In this document: one piece after another, positions 6,402-13,974 of the stretch
Numbering within the stretch: the first letter of the stretch is position 1
How the letters are laid out: each line of letters begins with the position of its first letter
NCBI GenBank assembly: GCA_038057515.1
Contig: JBBUDB010000034.1
Coordinates: 1-35,155, forward strand
Source: Patescibacteria group bacterium
Lineage (GTDB): Bacteria > Patescibacteriota > Minisyncoccia > UBA6257 > 2-01-FULL-56-20
DNA length: 35,155 bases
Direction: 5' to 3'
Program-made: the position numbers and the translations under genes
The notes under the pieces: model-generated
Told to the model about the DNA's origin: nothing
Seen by the model: the letters and a program-made list of their open reading frames with translations, nothing else
The model's database searches: none

Positions 6402-6992
6402 TTATTCGTCGACCCCGAAACGCTTGTAGTTATGGAGCGCCACCTTGCCGAACCAGTGCTCGATCTCGTGCTCCGCTTCTTCGGGAGTTTCCGAGGCGTG
6501 CAGGATGTTCATCACCGCCCGCTTCTCTTTATTCGCGAGGAGGGGCGAATCAATGGAAAAATCGCCGCGAATCGTGCCTACATCCGCCATGTAAGGCAAT
6601 GTCGGCCCGGCGATCTTTCGCACCACATCAACGGCATGAATCCCCTGCACCACCATCCGCACCAAAGGCGCCGAGGTCATGTAGTCGACGAGCCACTTGC
6701 GCACCATTTTTCCGATCTCCAGGTCGCTCTCCGTTCCCAGTTCTTCCTTCGCGTTATATCCATATTTCTCATAGGTCTTCAGGGTTTTCTGACCGAGACG
6801 CGCGATCCAGGCCTCATCCTTCGGATAATGCTCGTTGATCTGCTCTTTGGTGGGTTGGAACATTTCGAGCGCCACGATTTTTAGGTCGCGCTGTTCGAAG
6901 CGGCGAATAACCTCTCCGGTCAGGCCCTTGCGCACGCCGTCGGGCTTGATCATGACGTAGGTAATCTCTTCTTTGGGATGCTTCTTGGGCAT
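6402..6992 (-). CDS. ndk: nucleoside-diphosphate kinase (long form, with an insertion of about 45 aa)
   Basis: 196 aa. YVMIKPDGV at the N-terminus and catalytic-His segment NILHASETPEEAEHEIEHWF. The extra segment KDEAWIARLGQKTLKTYEKYGYNAKEELGTESDLEIGKMVRKWL is absent from the 143-aa E. coli enzyme (from memory). Confidence 0.85.
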   Translation of the reverse strand: MPKKHPKEEITYVMIKPDGVRKGLTGEVIRRFEQRDLKIVALEMFQPTKEQINEHYPKDEAWIARLGQKTLKTYEKYGYNAKEELGTESDLEIGKMVRKWLVDYMTSAPLVRMVVQGIHAVDVVRKIAGPTLPYMADVGTIRGDFSIDSPLLANKEKRAVMNILHASETPEEAEHEIEHWFGKVALHNYKRFGVDE

Positions 6993-7030
6993 AGTGTTGA
7001 TGATTAGTAGGTTGGTTGCCTAGTGACTAG

Positions 7031-8437
7031 TTACGACTTTGGTTTTTTTATTTCGATTCCGAGCTCATCCAATTGCTTCTTCTCGACCTCGCTCGGACTC
7101 CCCATCATCGGGTCACGGCCGTCGCCCGTCTTCGCGAACGGGATGACCTCCCGGATGTTCGGTTCGTTCTGCAGGATCATGATAAGGCGGTCCAGGCCCG
7201 GCGCGATGCCGCCATGAGGTGGCGCGCCGTAGGAGAGCGCCTTGAGCATGTGGCCAAAGTTCGCCTTGATGCGCTCCTCGGAGAACCCCATGATCTTAAA
7301 GACGGCCTTCAGAGCTTCCGGTTGGTGATTTCTGATGCTGCCGCCCCCTATTTCGTAGCCATTCAGGGCGATGTCGTACTGTGTCGTCAAAATATCGGGG
7401 ATATTTTTTCCGGCGAGGAGATCGGCCATATATTCCGGCTTCGGTGCCGAGAACGGATTATGGGTGAAGGTCCACTTGGCCTTTTCTCCGCCGAAGGCGG
7501 ATCCGCCTTCGGCGGAGAAGAACGGAAAGTCGATGATCCAGCAAAAGGCCAAAAGATTTTGGTCATTCTTGTCTTCGCGGAGATCCGGCTTGTCGTTCCC
7601 GTATTTGGCCATCGCCTCGGCATAGGTAAGGCGCGGGAAGGGCACCGCTTGAATGCGCTTCTCGGGGAAGAGGTCTTTGACGATAGAGATCAGAAGCTCT
7701 TCGCTTAGAGCCATCACGTCTTCGCGCTCGACAAAGCTCATCTCGAGGTCGAGCTGGGTGAACTCCGGCTGACGGTCGCCGCGCGTGTCCTCATCGCGGA
7801 AACAGCGCGCGATCTGGAAATATTTTTCGATGCCCGCCACCATCAAAAGCTGTTTGTACTGCTGGGGCGATTGTGGCAGGGCGTAAAAGCTTCCGGGCGC
7901 GATGCGGGCAGGCACGAGATAGTCGCGCGCGCCCTCGGGCGTGGACTTCGAAAGGATTGGTGTTTCGATCTCAAGAAAGCCGCGCTCGTCAAAAAAGTCG
8001 CGAATGAACTTGATGACCTTGTGGCGCGCGATAAGATTATTTTTCATCCGCTCGCGGCGCAGGTCGAGGTAGCGGTGTTTGATGCGCACCTCCTCGTCGA
8101 TGTCGTAGCCATCGCCATCCACCGGAATGGGCAGAGCTTCGGCGGGATTCAGCACCTCAAGCGACTTCGCCTCTACTTCGTATGCCCCATTCGGCGTCTT
8201 GTCGTTCGCCATCGAAGCTGGCCGTTTTTTGACGAGGCCTACTACGCGGACGACGAATTCGAGACGAAGAAGGCCCGCCCCCTCAACATTCGGCGGGAAC
8301 ACTACCTGCACAGAACCGCTCCGGTCGCGCAGATCGATAAAAACCAGCTTGCCGTGATCGCGGCGAGCGCTGACCCAGCCAAAAAGCTCGATTTCTTTGC
8401 CTTCCGAGTCGCGGATATCTTTAATAAGGGTTCGCAT
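7031..8437 (-). CDS. aspS: aspartyl-tRNA synthetase, bacterial-type catalytic core, lacking the GAD insertion domain
   Basis: 468 aa counted from the ATG at 8437 (MRTLIKDIRDSEGKEIELFGWV...). The track ORF extends to 8641, but that extension has no AspRS similarity and overlaps the divergent promoter region. Motif 2 is FRDEDTRGDRQPEFTQLDLEMSF. DKPDLR is followed almost directly by WIIDFPFF, and motif 3 is GGIAPGLDRL. Confidence 0.9.
   Translation of the reverse strand: MRTLIKDIRDSEGKEIELFGWVSARRDHGKLVFIDLRDRSGSVQVVFPPNVEGAGLLRLEFVVRVVGLVKKRPASMANDKTPNGAYEVEAKSLEVLNPAEALPIPVDGDGYDIDEEVRIKHRYLDLRRERMKNNLIARHKVIKFIRDFFDERGFLEIETPILSKSTPEGARDYLVPARIAPGSFYALPQSPQQYKQLLMVAGIEKYFQIARCFRDEDTRGDRQPEFTQLDLEMSFVEREDVMALSEELLISIVKDLFPEKRIQAVPFPRLTYAEAMAKYGNDKPDLREDKNDQNLLAFCWIIDFPFFSAEGGSAFGGEKAKWTFTHNPFSAPKPEYMADLLAGKNIPDILTTQYDIALNGYEIGGGSIRNHQPEALKAVFKIMGFSEERIKANFGHMLKALSYGAPPHGGIAPGLDRLIMILQNEPNIREVIPFAKTGDGRDPMMGSPSEVEKKQLDELGIEIKKPKS
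7484..7519. repeat. perfect 36-bp palindrome inside the aspS coding sequence
   Basis: TTCTCCGCCGAAGGCGGA|TCCGCCTTCGGCGGAGAA. It encodes FSAEGGSAFGGE in aspS and the same peptide on the opposite strand. Confidence 0.95.
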
Positions 8438-8477
8438 GTCCTTGACGCTTGATACCTGACACTTGATACGTAACACA

Positions 8478-8486
8478 TGGTATAAT
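8478..8486 (+). promoter_or_regulatory. extended -10 promoter element (TGGTATAAT) for the MgtC-family gene
   Basis: TGn+TATAAT at 8478-8486. The in-frame ATGs at 8493 and 8496 lie 7-10 nt downstream, so the mRNA would be leaderless or nearly so. CTTGATAC is duplicated upstream (8448-8455 and 8462-8469). Confidence 0.4.
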
Positions 8487-8492
8487 AAACCA

Positions 8493-8960
8493 ATGATGGA
8501 CTTTTCACAAATGTTTTTACACCTTGTCGTGGCCCTTTTCCTCGGCGCGCTTATGGGGCTCGAACGCGAACTGGCCGGCAAGGAAGCGGGCATTCGGACG
8601 GCCATGATGGTCTCGGGCGGCGCGGCGATATTTTCGATCATCGCCCTCCAGCTCCCTTACATCGTCGGTGTCTCGGGCGCGAACGTCGAAGAGATCCTCG
8701 CCCGGAATAGCGGCTTCCTTACGGTCGTCGCAAACATCGTGGTTGGTGTCGGTTTCCTCGGCGCGGGTATCATCATCAAGACCGAAGAGCGCGTTCACGG
8801 CCTCACGACCGCCGCCGTCATCTGGTCGGTGGCCGCCGTGGGCACTTTGGCTGGCGTCGGGCTTCTGCCCTTCGCCTTCGCGGCCGCAATCACGCTCTCG
8901 GCTCTCTTATGGTTCTTCCGGCACATCGATATCGCCGGGATAGTCACGCGCCGAAAATAA
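8493..8960 (+). CDS. MgtC/SapB family membrane protein
   Basis: LGALMGLERELAGKEAGIRTAMMV is the MgtC-family signature (GxERExxxKxAGxRT), followed by four hydrophobic helices. The track start at 8463 is an alternative. Confidence 0.75.
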   Translation: MMDFSQMFLHLVVALFLGALMGLERELAGKEAGIRTAMMVSGGAAIFSIIALQLPYIVGVSGANVEEILARNSGFLTVVANIVVGVGFLGAGIIIKTEERVHGLTTAAVIWSVAAVGTLAGVGLLPFAFAAAITLSALLWFFRHIDIAGIVTRRK

Positions 8961-8979
8961 TCTTCTTCGCTGCGAACGG

Positions 8980-9007
8980 AAAACCCCGCCGGTTAGGCGG
9001 GGTTTTT
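8980..9007. terminator. bidirectional intrinsic terminator shared by the MgtC-family gene (+) and rnpB (-)
   Basis: AAAACCCCGCC-ggtta-GGCGGGGTTTTT: a GC stem flanked by an A-run and a T-run. Confidence 0.8.
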
Positions 9008-9013
9008 CATGTT

Positions 9014-9471
9014 GGTGCTGGCGGTCCGTAAGCCGGATCCTGTTCCGATTTTGCCCGCCGAAGGCGTCGCAAAATCGAGAACCTCGCCGGAGTTCCCTGA
9101 ACGGAGGCGGGTCCGCCTTCGCACGGCTTCGGCGAGACGCTCGGTTTTGTGGCTGCCTGCGGCAGACAAAACCGGCGGCGACAATTTATCTGGGCCTTCG
9201 ATTACTCTCGGGCTCGAGCGGGCACTGTCGCCTAAGGCGACCACGACCCTTGCACTCGGTAAGGATTTTGCCGTTTCACCTTCGTCTTCCGACGAAGCTC
9301 ACCCCGAAGGGTGCCCTCGGCTTTCGCTTCGGGCGTCTCTGCTCGCACCTCTATGCTTACGCACGACGGCCGTTAGCCGCTGCCTTTGTCCCTTGGCTCG
9401 CGCCTCGGGACGAGTGTCCGGACTTTCCTCCCCTCACCTTGCGATAAGGAGTAGCCGCCTGGACGACCAGC
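9014..9471 (-). ncRNA. rnpB: RNase P RNA (bacterial type), about 455 nt
   Basis: The minus strand contains the universal P4/CR-I sequence GAGGAAAGTCCGGAC (complement of 9414-9428) and the 3' CR-V-like AACAGGATCCGGCTTAC. P1 pairing is GCTGGTCGTCC (5') with GGACCGCCAGC (3'). No credible ORF is present. A dedicated promoter places the transcription start on the first P1 nucleotide, and a terminator follows the 3' end. Confidence 0.88.
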
Positions 9472-9477
9472 TCTTCT

Positions 9478-9505
9478 ATTATACCATAATATACAAGTTG
9501 GTCAA
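9478..9505 (-). promoter_or_regulatory. rnpB promoter (TTGACC-16 nt-TGgTATAAT)
   Basis: The minus strand reads TTGACCaacttgtatattaTGGTATAATagaagaG. The -35 (9500-9505) overlaps the stop codon of the upstream Nudix gene. The predicted start, 7 nt after the -10, is the G that begins P1. Confidence 0.65.
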
Positions 9506-10002
9506 CGAGCGCGAAAATAGCTCCGGAGAAAGCGGCGCTGGGTCGAAAAAGCCATGCGCGCATAAGGCACGGTCTTCGCCCCAAACCAGCGGGCATCGGC
9601 CGCGTCGTCTGTCGGCTTTACTTTGCCCTTCTTGAGGCGGGCCTGAAAAACTATCTCTAAAAGACGATAGGCAACGCCCCGATACGGATACGGCGTTGAA
9701 AGCGTCGCGAGATAGCGAAGCGACGATAATTTCACGCCAAGCTCTTCCCTGATCTCGCGTCTCGCGGCCGCTTCGGCGGTTTCTCGAAACTCCACGAAGC
9801 CGCCTGGCGTGACCCACTTGCCTTTATGCGGGTCGCGATTTCGCTTCACCAAAAGAACCTCGCCGGCGTTATTCTCGATAACGAGAGTGACGCTTGGCTT
9901 TTGGTTGTCGTACCACTCAAAACCGCACGCGGGGCAAATGCGCGGATGCTTCCCATTGCCGAGCACGCCTCCGCACTGCGGACAATGTTTTAATACCGAC
10001 AT
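9502..10002 (-). CDS. NUDIX hydrolase with N-terminal CxxC...CxxC zinc ribbon (NudC-like architecture)
   Basis: 166 aa from the ATG at 10002 (MSVLKHCPQCGG...CPACG). The Nudix box is GGFVEFRETAEAAARREIREELGV. The downstream STPYPY resembles the NudC SQPWPFP motif. The longer track ORF (to 10104) overlaps the preceding gene and was trimmed. Confidence 0.75.
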   Translation of the reverse strand: MSVLKHCPQCGGVLGNGKHPRICPACGFEWYDNQKPSVTLVIENNAGEVLLVKRNRDPHKGKWVTPGGFVEFRETAEAAARREIREELGVKLSSLRYLATLSTPYPYRGVAYRLLEIVFQARLKKGKVKPTDDAADARWFGAKTVPYARMAFSTQRRFLRSYFRAR

Positions 10003-10003
10003 T

Positions 10004-10618
10004 CTAGTGGAAACCGAGATCGGCTGGATTAATATCGCCGGACACGCGACCCAGGCGGCCGCCTGACTTTTCGAACTCTCGCCTGGCGGCGGCTGTTTCT
10101 TCAATAAGCGTTACTGTTTTTTTCGGCAGGGACCTCTTTTTTGCGATACCCTTCGACCAGTATTCGATGATGAGCTTGCTGTCGCCGAAAATGTTGCGGA
10201 CGCCCGCTTTCACAGCGACACCTAGGGCGCATTGGAGTCCGAGAAGCTCGCCGTAGTTATTGGTTGCTTCGCCGCCAAGATGATGCTTGCCAAATTTATT
10301 TATCTTCGTTTTAGGAAGTACAAGATGGAGCAGGTCTTTGCCGTGCTCGTCGGTGACGCTCACCTCGACGCCCTGGCCCCGCCCCGTCCCGGCGTCAAAA
10401 TATATGCCCTTCTCTAGCGGCGGATGATCTTTCTTAGGCCTCGGCTCATAAGGCGCTCCGGCATGAAGCCAATATTCCGCCTCGGCGCGCGTTTTAAAAC
10501 CGCGATAGCGGGCGTTCGCCGTGCCGGAAACGAGCCGCTCGCAGGCCAGCCAATAATCAACGACGCCAGACCGGCCGTTCGGAAGGCGGTAGGCGTAGTA
10601 TTTTTTGGCCGATTTCAT
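10004..10618 (-). CDS. RNase H1-like protein with an N-terminal hybrid-binding (viroplasmin-type) domain
   Basis: 204 aa from the ATG at 10618. KKYYAYRLPNGRSGVVDYWLACERLVSGTANARYRGFKTRAEAEYWL fits the RNase H1 HBD pattern. The C-terminal half carries DAGT...NNYGELLGL...FGDSKL acidic motifs consistent with an RNase H fold. Confidence 0.65.
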   Translation of the reverse strand: MKSAKKYYAYRLPNGRSGVVDYWLACERLVSGTANARYRGFKTRAEAEYWLHAGAPYEPRPKKDHPPLEKGIYFDAGTGRGQGVEVSVTDEHGKDLLHLVLPKTKINKFGKHHLGGEATNNYGELLGLQCALGVAVKAGVRNIFGDSKLIIEYWSKGIAKKRSLPKKTVTLIEETAAARREFEKSGGRLGRVSGDINPADLGFH

Positions 10619-10649
10619 GGTTCGCAAACAAGAAAGCGATGGGCAACCC

Positions 10650-11204
10650 CTAGCTCTCGATGAGCTTCCGAAATACTTGATAGGTGGTGCGCGCATCGTC
10701 TATCGCCCGGTGGGCCCGACCGCGATCAATGCCGAAATAATTTCCCAGCTCTTCAAGAGAAAACTTCAAAAATCTCGGATCGTTCCGGAGCTTCTGCCAA
10801 GCCATCGGGAAGGTGTCAAAACCCTTATAGAAATAGTTCGGCCGTAAGCCGCACTCCTCAAGTGATTTTCTGACGTGCATCCAGTCGAAAGGCAGGTTGT
10901 GGCCGACGAGCACCACGCTCTCCGTATAGCTCAAGAACTCCTCAAGGCCGGTCTTAAGATCAACGCCATCGCGCATCCATTCGTCGTGGTCGTATCCGAC
11001 GATCCGGAGCGCCTCGGCATCGGCGGTTTCAATGTGCGCCGGCTTGATCTTGATGTCACGCTCCGCGAGCACCTCGAATGTTTTGGCTTTGACCTTCACT
11101 AGGCCGATCTCGATAAGTTCGTGGGAAAAATTAAGGCCAGTGGTTTCGGTATCGAAAAACACCAAATCAGCTTCGCGTATGTTAACTTCCGGGTCTTTGG
11201 CCAT
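10650..11204 (-). CDS. DEDD-h 3'-5' exonuclease (DnaQ/epsilon-like), stand-alone
   Basis: 184 aa. Exo I FFDTETTGL, Exo II VGHNLPFDW, Exo III HRAIDDARTT. Confidence 0.85.
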   Translation of the reverse strand: MAKDPEVNIREADLVFFDTETTGLNFSHELIEIGLVKVKAKTFEVLAERDIKIKPAHIETADAEALRIVGYDHDEWMRDGVDLKTGLEEFLSYTESVVLVGHNLPFDWMHVRKSLEECGLRPNYFYKGFDTFPMAWQKLRNDPRFLKFSLEELGNYFGIDRGRAHRAIDDARTTYQVFRKLIES

Positions 11205-11206
11205 TT

Positions 11207-12337
11207 TTATTTTTTGAGCGCGGCAATGCCTGGCAATTTTTCTCCCGCCAGATAATCAAGCATAGCACCGCCACCCGTCGAAATGAAACTAAACTTGCCG
11301 TCGAGCTTGTGGCGCTTCAGGAACGACACCGTTTCGCCGCCGCCGGTCACCGAAAATGCCCGGCGATTCTTGGCGATGGCTCGCGCCACCACTAGGTTCC
11401 CCTTCGCATAACGCGGATCCTCGATGTAGCCCATCGGCCCGCTCCAAAGAATCGTCTTCGCCCTCGCGATCTCGCGAGCAAAGATTTTTCCCGTCTTGGA
11501 ACCGATATCCAAGATGCGCCCGCGGGCGTTGGCGCGCCAATCGACCGGTAAAATAAGGTGTGGGAATCGCGACGCCGCGCGAAACATCGGCTGGTCGGCT
11601 GCCGCGCGATCCACGAGCGATGAGCCAACGTCAATGCCGCGAAGCATAAGAAGCGTGTTCGCCGAACCACCGCCCACGAGGAAGCATTTCGCTCGCGTGC
11701 GAAAATACTTCAAGATTCCCAGCTTATCGTGCGCCTTCGCCCCGCCCACGATAAGCACGAGGGGATGTTTCGGCCGCCGAATAAGCCGGGTGAGATGCCG
11801 AATTTCTTTTTCCATTTCGAGGCCGGCAAAACTCGGCAGGCGTTTCGTAATCGCGACGATGGAGGCATCGGCCCGGTGCGAAACGGCGAAGGCATCGTTC
11901 ACGTAGCTATCAGCGAGCGCGGCGAGCTGCCGAGCGAGCGCGACGTCGTTTCTCTCCTCGCCAGGCAAAAATCGGAGATTCTCAAGAAGAAAGATCGTGC
12001 CGCGCTTTGCGGCGGCCACGGATCGCTTGATATCTTTGAAGCGAAAGTGGGGAACAAAAATTATCGGCCGACGAATTAGTCGGGCGAGCGTTTCGGCGTC
12101 AGAGCGAAGCGATAACTTTTTTGCGTCTCTGCCGTGGGGAAGGCCGTTTTTGATCCGAACGCCTGCCGGTCGGCCACGATGGCTTACGATGACAACCCGG
12201 AGGCCCCGGCGAATAAGCCATTCGATGGTCGGTAACGACGCCTCAAGGCGCCAGATGTCTTCAGCATTGAAATCCAGACGCAAAAGCACCGTACTGCCGA
12301 GCGCGCGCCGAGATGTCTTGCTAAGAAAGTGAATCAC
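11207..12337 (-). CDS. pgk: phosphoglycerate kinase
   Basis: 376 aa. RLDFNAED, IVSHRGRP, LDIGSKT, WSGPMGYIE, GGGETVSF and STGGGAMLDYLAG are all present. Confidence 0.9.
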   Translation of the reverse strand: MIHFLSKTSRRALGSTVLLRLDFNAEDIWRLEASLPTIEWLIRRGLRVVIVSHRGRPAGVRIKNGLPHGRDAKKLSLRSDAETLARLIRRPIIFVPHFRFKDIKRSVAAAKRGTIFLLENLRFLPGEERNDVALARQLAALADSYVNDAFAVSHRADASIVAITKRLPSFAGLEMEKEIRHLTRLIRRPKHPLVLIVGGAKAHDKLGILKYFRTRAKCFLVGGGSANTLLMLRGIDVGSSLVDRAAADQPMFRAASRFPHLILPVDWRANARGRILDIGSKTGKIFAREIARAKTILWSGPMGYIEDPRYAKGNLVVARAIAKNRRAFSVTGGGETVSFLKRHKLDGKFSFISTGGGAMLDYLAGEKLPGIAALKK

Positions 12338-12387
12338 CGGGATAATTACGAATTATAACTGAATTCTAATATTTTCCGAAACCCGCC

Positions 12388-13701
12388 ATGCCCCCCGCCC
12401 GTCTCGCCGGAAAAGAAAAAATAATCGCGGTTCTCGGCGCCGGCTTCGGCGGGTTGCGGGCCGCGACGCTTATTGATCGGGGCCTGCGCCGAAAGCGCAT
12501 TCCGGGCTACCGCGTGGCGCTTATCGACCGGAACGAATACCACACCTACACCCCCCTCCTCTACGAAACAGCCACGATTTCAAAGGAAACCGCGAACATT
12601 TGCGAGATCCGCGAAATCGTCGCTTACCGATTCGCCCGCCTTCTTCTTGGCACGAAGATAAAATTCATCCAAGCAGAGGTAAAAAATATTGACCCCCTGG
12701 CCGGCTCTGTTAGTTTCACCGATGGCCCGCCCGAAGAGATCAAAAAGCTTGAAGTTGAATATCTCGTCATCGCTCTGGGCGCCGAACCGAATTATTTCGA
12801 CATCCCCGGCCTCAAGAACCATGCCCTGCCGTTCAAATCAATGCTCGACGCCGTACGCATTCGGGATGCCATTACGATTCTGGCCATGGAAAAACCAGGC
12901 GTGCTTCGCGTTGCCGTGGGAGGCGGCGGATCAACGGGTATCGAACTTGCCGGGGAACTTAAAGTTTGGGCTGGCGAACTGGACAAGAGTCACCACTCTC
13001 GCCTTGAGGTCGACCTCGTCCAGGCCGCCCCGACCATCCTTCCGGGTTTCTCCCCTAAGGTCATTCGCTTAGCTAAGCTACGCCTTCGTCGGCTCGGCGT
13101 TCGCCTCATGGAGAACGAGCGGATCACTTCTGTGGGAGAGCGCGACCTTCAAACAGCGAGCGGCCGGACGATTCCCTTCGATATCTTCATCTGGACCGGC
13201 GGCATAAAACCATCGGCCATCATTAAAAACTTACCGCTCAAAACCGATCCCCGAGGTTGGCTCGAAGTCGGCGGCGACATGGCCTGCCTGCCGAAATCGC
13301 CCGACGTTAAATTCGGCACGCGCATCTACGGAATCGGCGATAATATCTCTGCCTATTATCCCGGAACCAAACAACCTGTCCCCGGCGTGGCGCGCGCCGC
13401 ACTTTCGCAGGCCGAGATAGCGGCAAAAAATATCGTGAGTGAGATCGAAGCCGAGGAGGGATACCTTCCGGCGCCGCGCCGCCAAATTTATCGACCGATG
13501 AACTACCCTTATGTCACCCCGATCGGCGGCAAGTATGCCATCGCGAAGATCGGCCCCTTTGTTTTCTCCGGACTCTTCGGCTGGCTCATGAAGGGCCTCG
13601 TGGAACTTAACTATCTTTTTTCGATCATGTCTTTTGACAAAGCCGTCCGCGCTTGGTTGCGCGGCCTTATGATCTTCATCAAAAACGACCGGCTCGGGTA
13701 G
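12388..13701 (+). CDS. NAD(P)/FAD-dependent oxidoreductase, type II NADH dehydrogenase (NDH-2)-like
   Basis: 437 aa. Two dinucleotide-binding motifs (VLGAGFGGLRAA and VGGGGSTGIELAGEL) and a hydrophobic or amphipathic C-terminus. Confidence 0.75.
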   Translation: MPPARLAGKEKIIAVLGAGFGGLRAATLIDRGLRRKRIPGYRVALIDRNEYHTYTPLLYETATISKETANICEIREIVAYRFARLLLGTKIKFIQAEVKNIDPLAGSVSFTDGPPEEIKKLEVEYLVIALGAEPNYFDIPGLKNHALPFKSMLDAVRIRDAITILAMEKPGVLRVAVGGGGSTGIELAGELKVWAGELDKSHHSRLEVDLVQAAPTILPGFSPKVIRLAKLRLRRLGVRLMENERITSVGERDLQTASGRTIPFDIFIWTGGIKPSAIIKNLPLKTDPRGWLEVGGDMACLPKSPDVKFGTRIYGIGDNISAYYPGTKQPVPGVARAALSQAEIAAKNIVSEIEAEEGYLPAPRRQIYRPMNYPYVTPIGGKYAIAKIGPFVFSGLFGWLMKGLVELNYLFSIMSFDKAVRAWLRGLMIFIKNDRLG

Positions 13702-13742
13702 AAACGGAAGTAAAGCGTCCGTTGAGAACGGCAAAACAGCCA

Positions 13743-13776
13743 CTATCATTAAGTTTCAATTGTAACTTAATGATAG
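13743..13776 (+). terminator. AT-rich 13-bp-stem hairpin downstream of the NDH-2-like gene
   Basis: CTATCATTAAGTT (13743-13755) pairs with AACTTAATGATAG (13764-13776). There is no clear T-run. Confidence 0.35.
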
Positions 13777-13871
13777 CGAAAAGAAATAGTGTGCCACGCT
13801 AATCTGTTGCCCTGCTCTACGACCGCTCAATCGGATAGCAAATGCTTCGTGTTGCAGCCGGTGTCGCTGGC

Positions 13872-13944
13872 CCGAGAAAAACCGCCAGATTGTTATACAA
13901 CCTGACGATCGTCAGGTTGTATAACAATCTGGCGCGCATTACGG
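13872..13944. repeat. dispersed palindromic element, copy B (73 bp; perfect 48-bp palindrome at 13885-13932)
   Basis: Near-identical to 4505-4578. On the minus strand the hairpin is followed by GGTTTTTC, so here it could terminate the ATPase operon that ends at 13975. Confidence 0.9.
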
Positions 13945-13974
13945 AATAAAAAAAGGGGGGGCGAAATAAACCTG

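Noticed and set aside
6402-6992. The insertion of about 45 aa in Ndk as a novel domain
   Set aside because: It is real in the sequence, but I cannot tell whether it is lineage-typical. I noted it in the feature evidence rather than as a finding.
8438-8641. N-terminal extensions of the longest ORFs: aspS to 8641, mreB to 25797, RNase H-like to 10696, Nudix to 10104, and the small ATPase partner to 16853
   Set aside because: The extensions lack similarity to the respective families. They overlap neighbouring genes or promoters. Internal ATGs coincide with the conserved family N-termini.
9009-9635. 208-aa plus-strand ORF, along with other short ORFs between 8993 and 9600
   Set aside because: It overlaps the RNase P RNA gene and the Nudix gene. 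Its Arg/Ser/Pro-rich composition is typical of spurious ORFs in GC-rich structured RNA.
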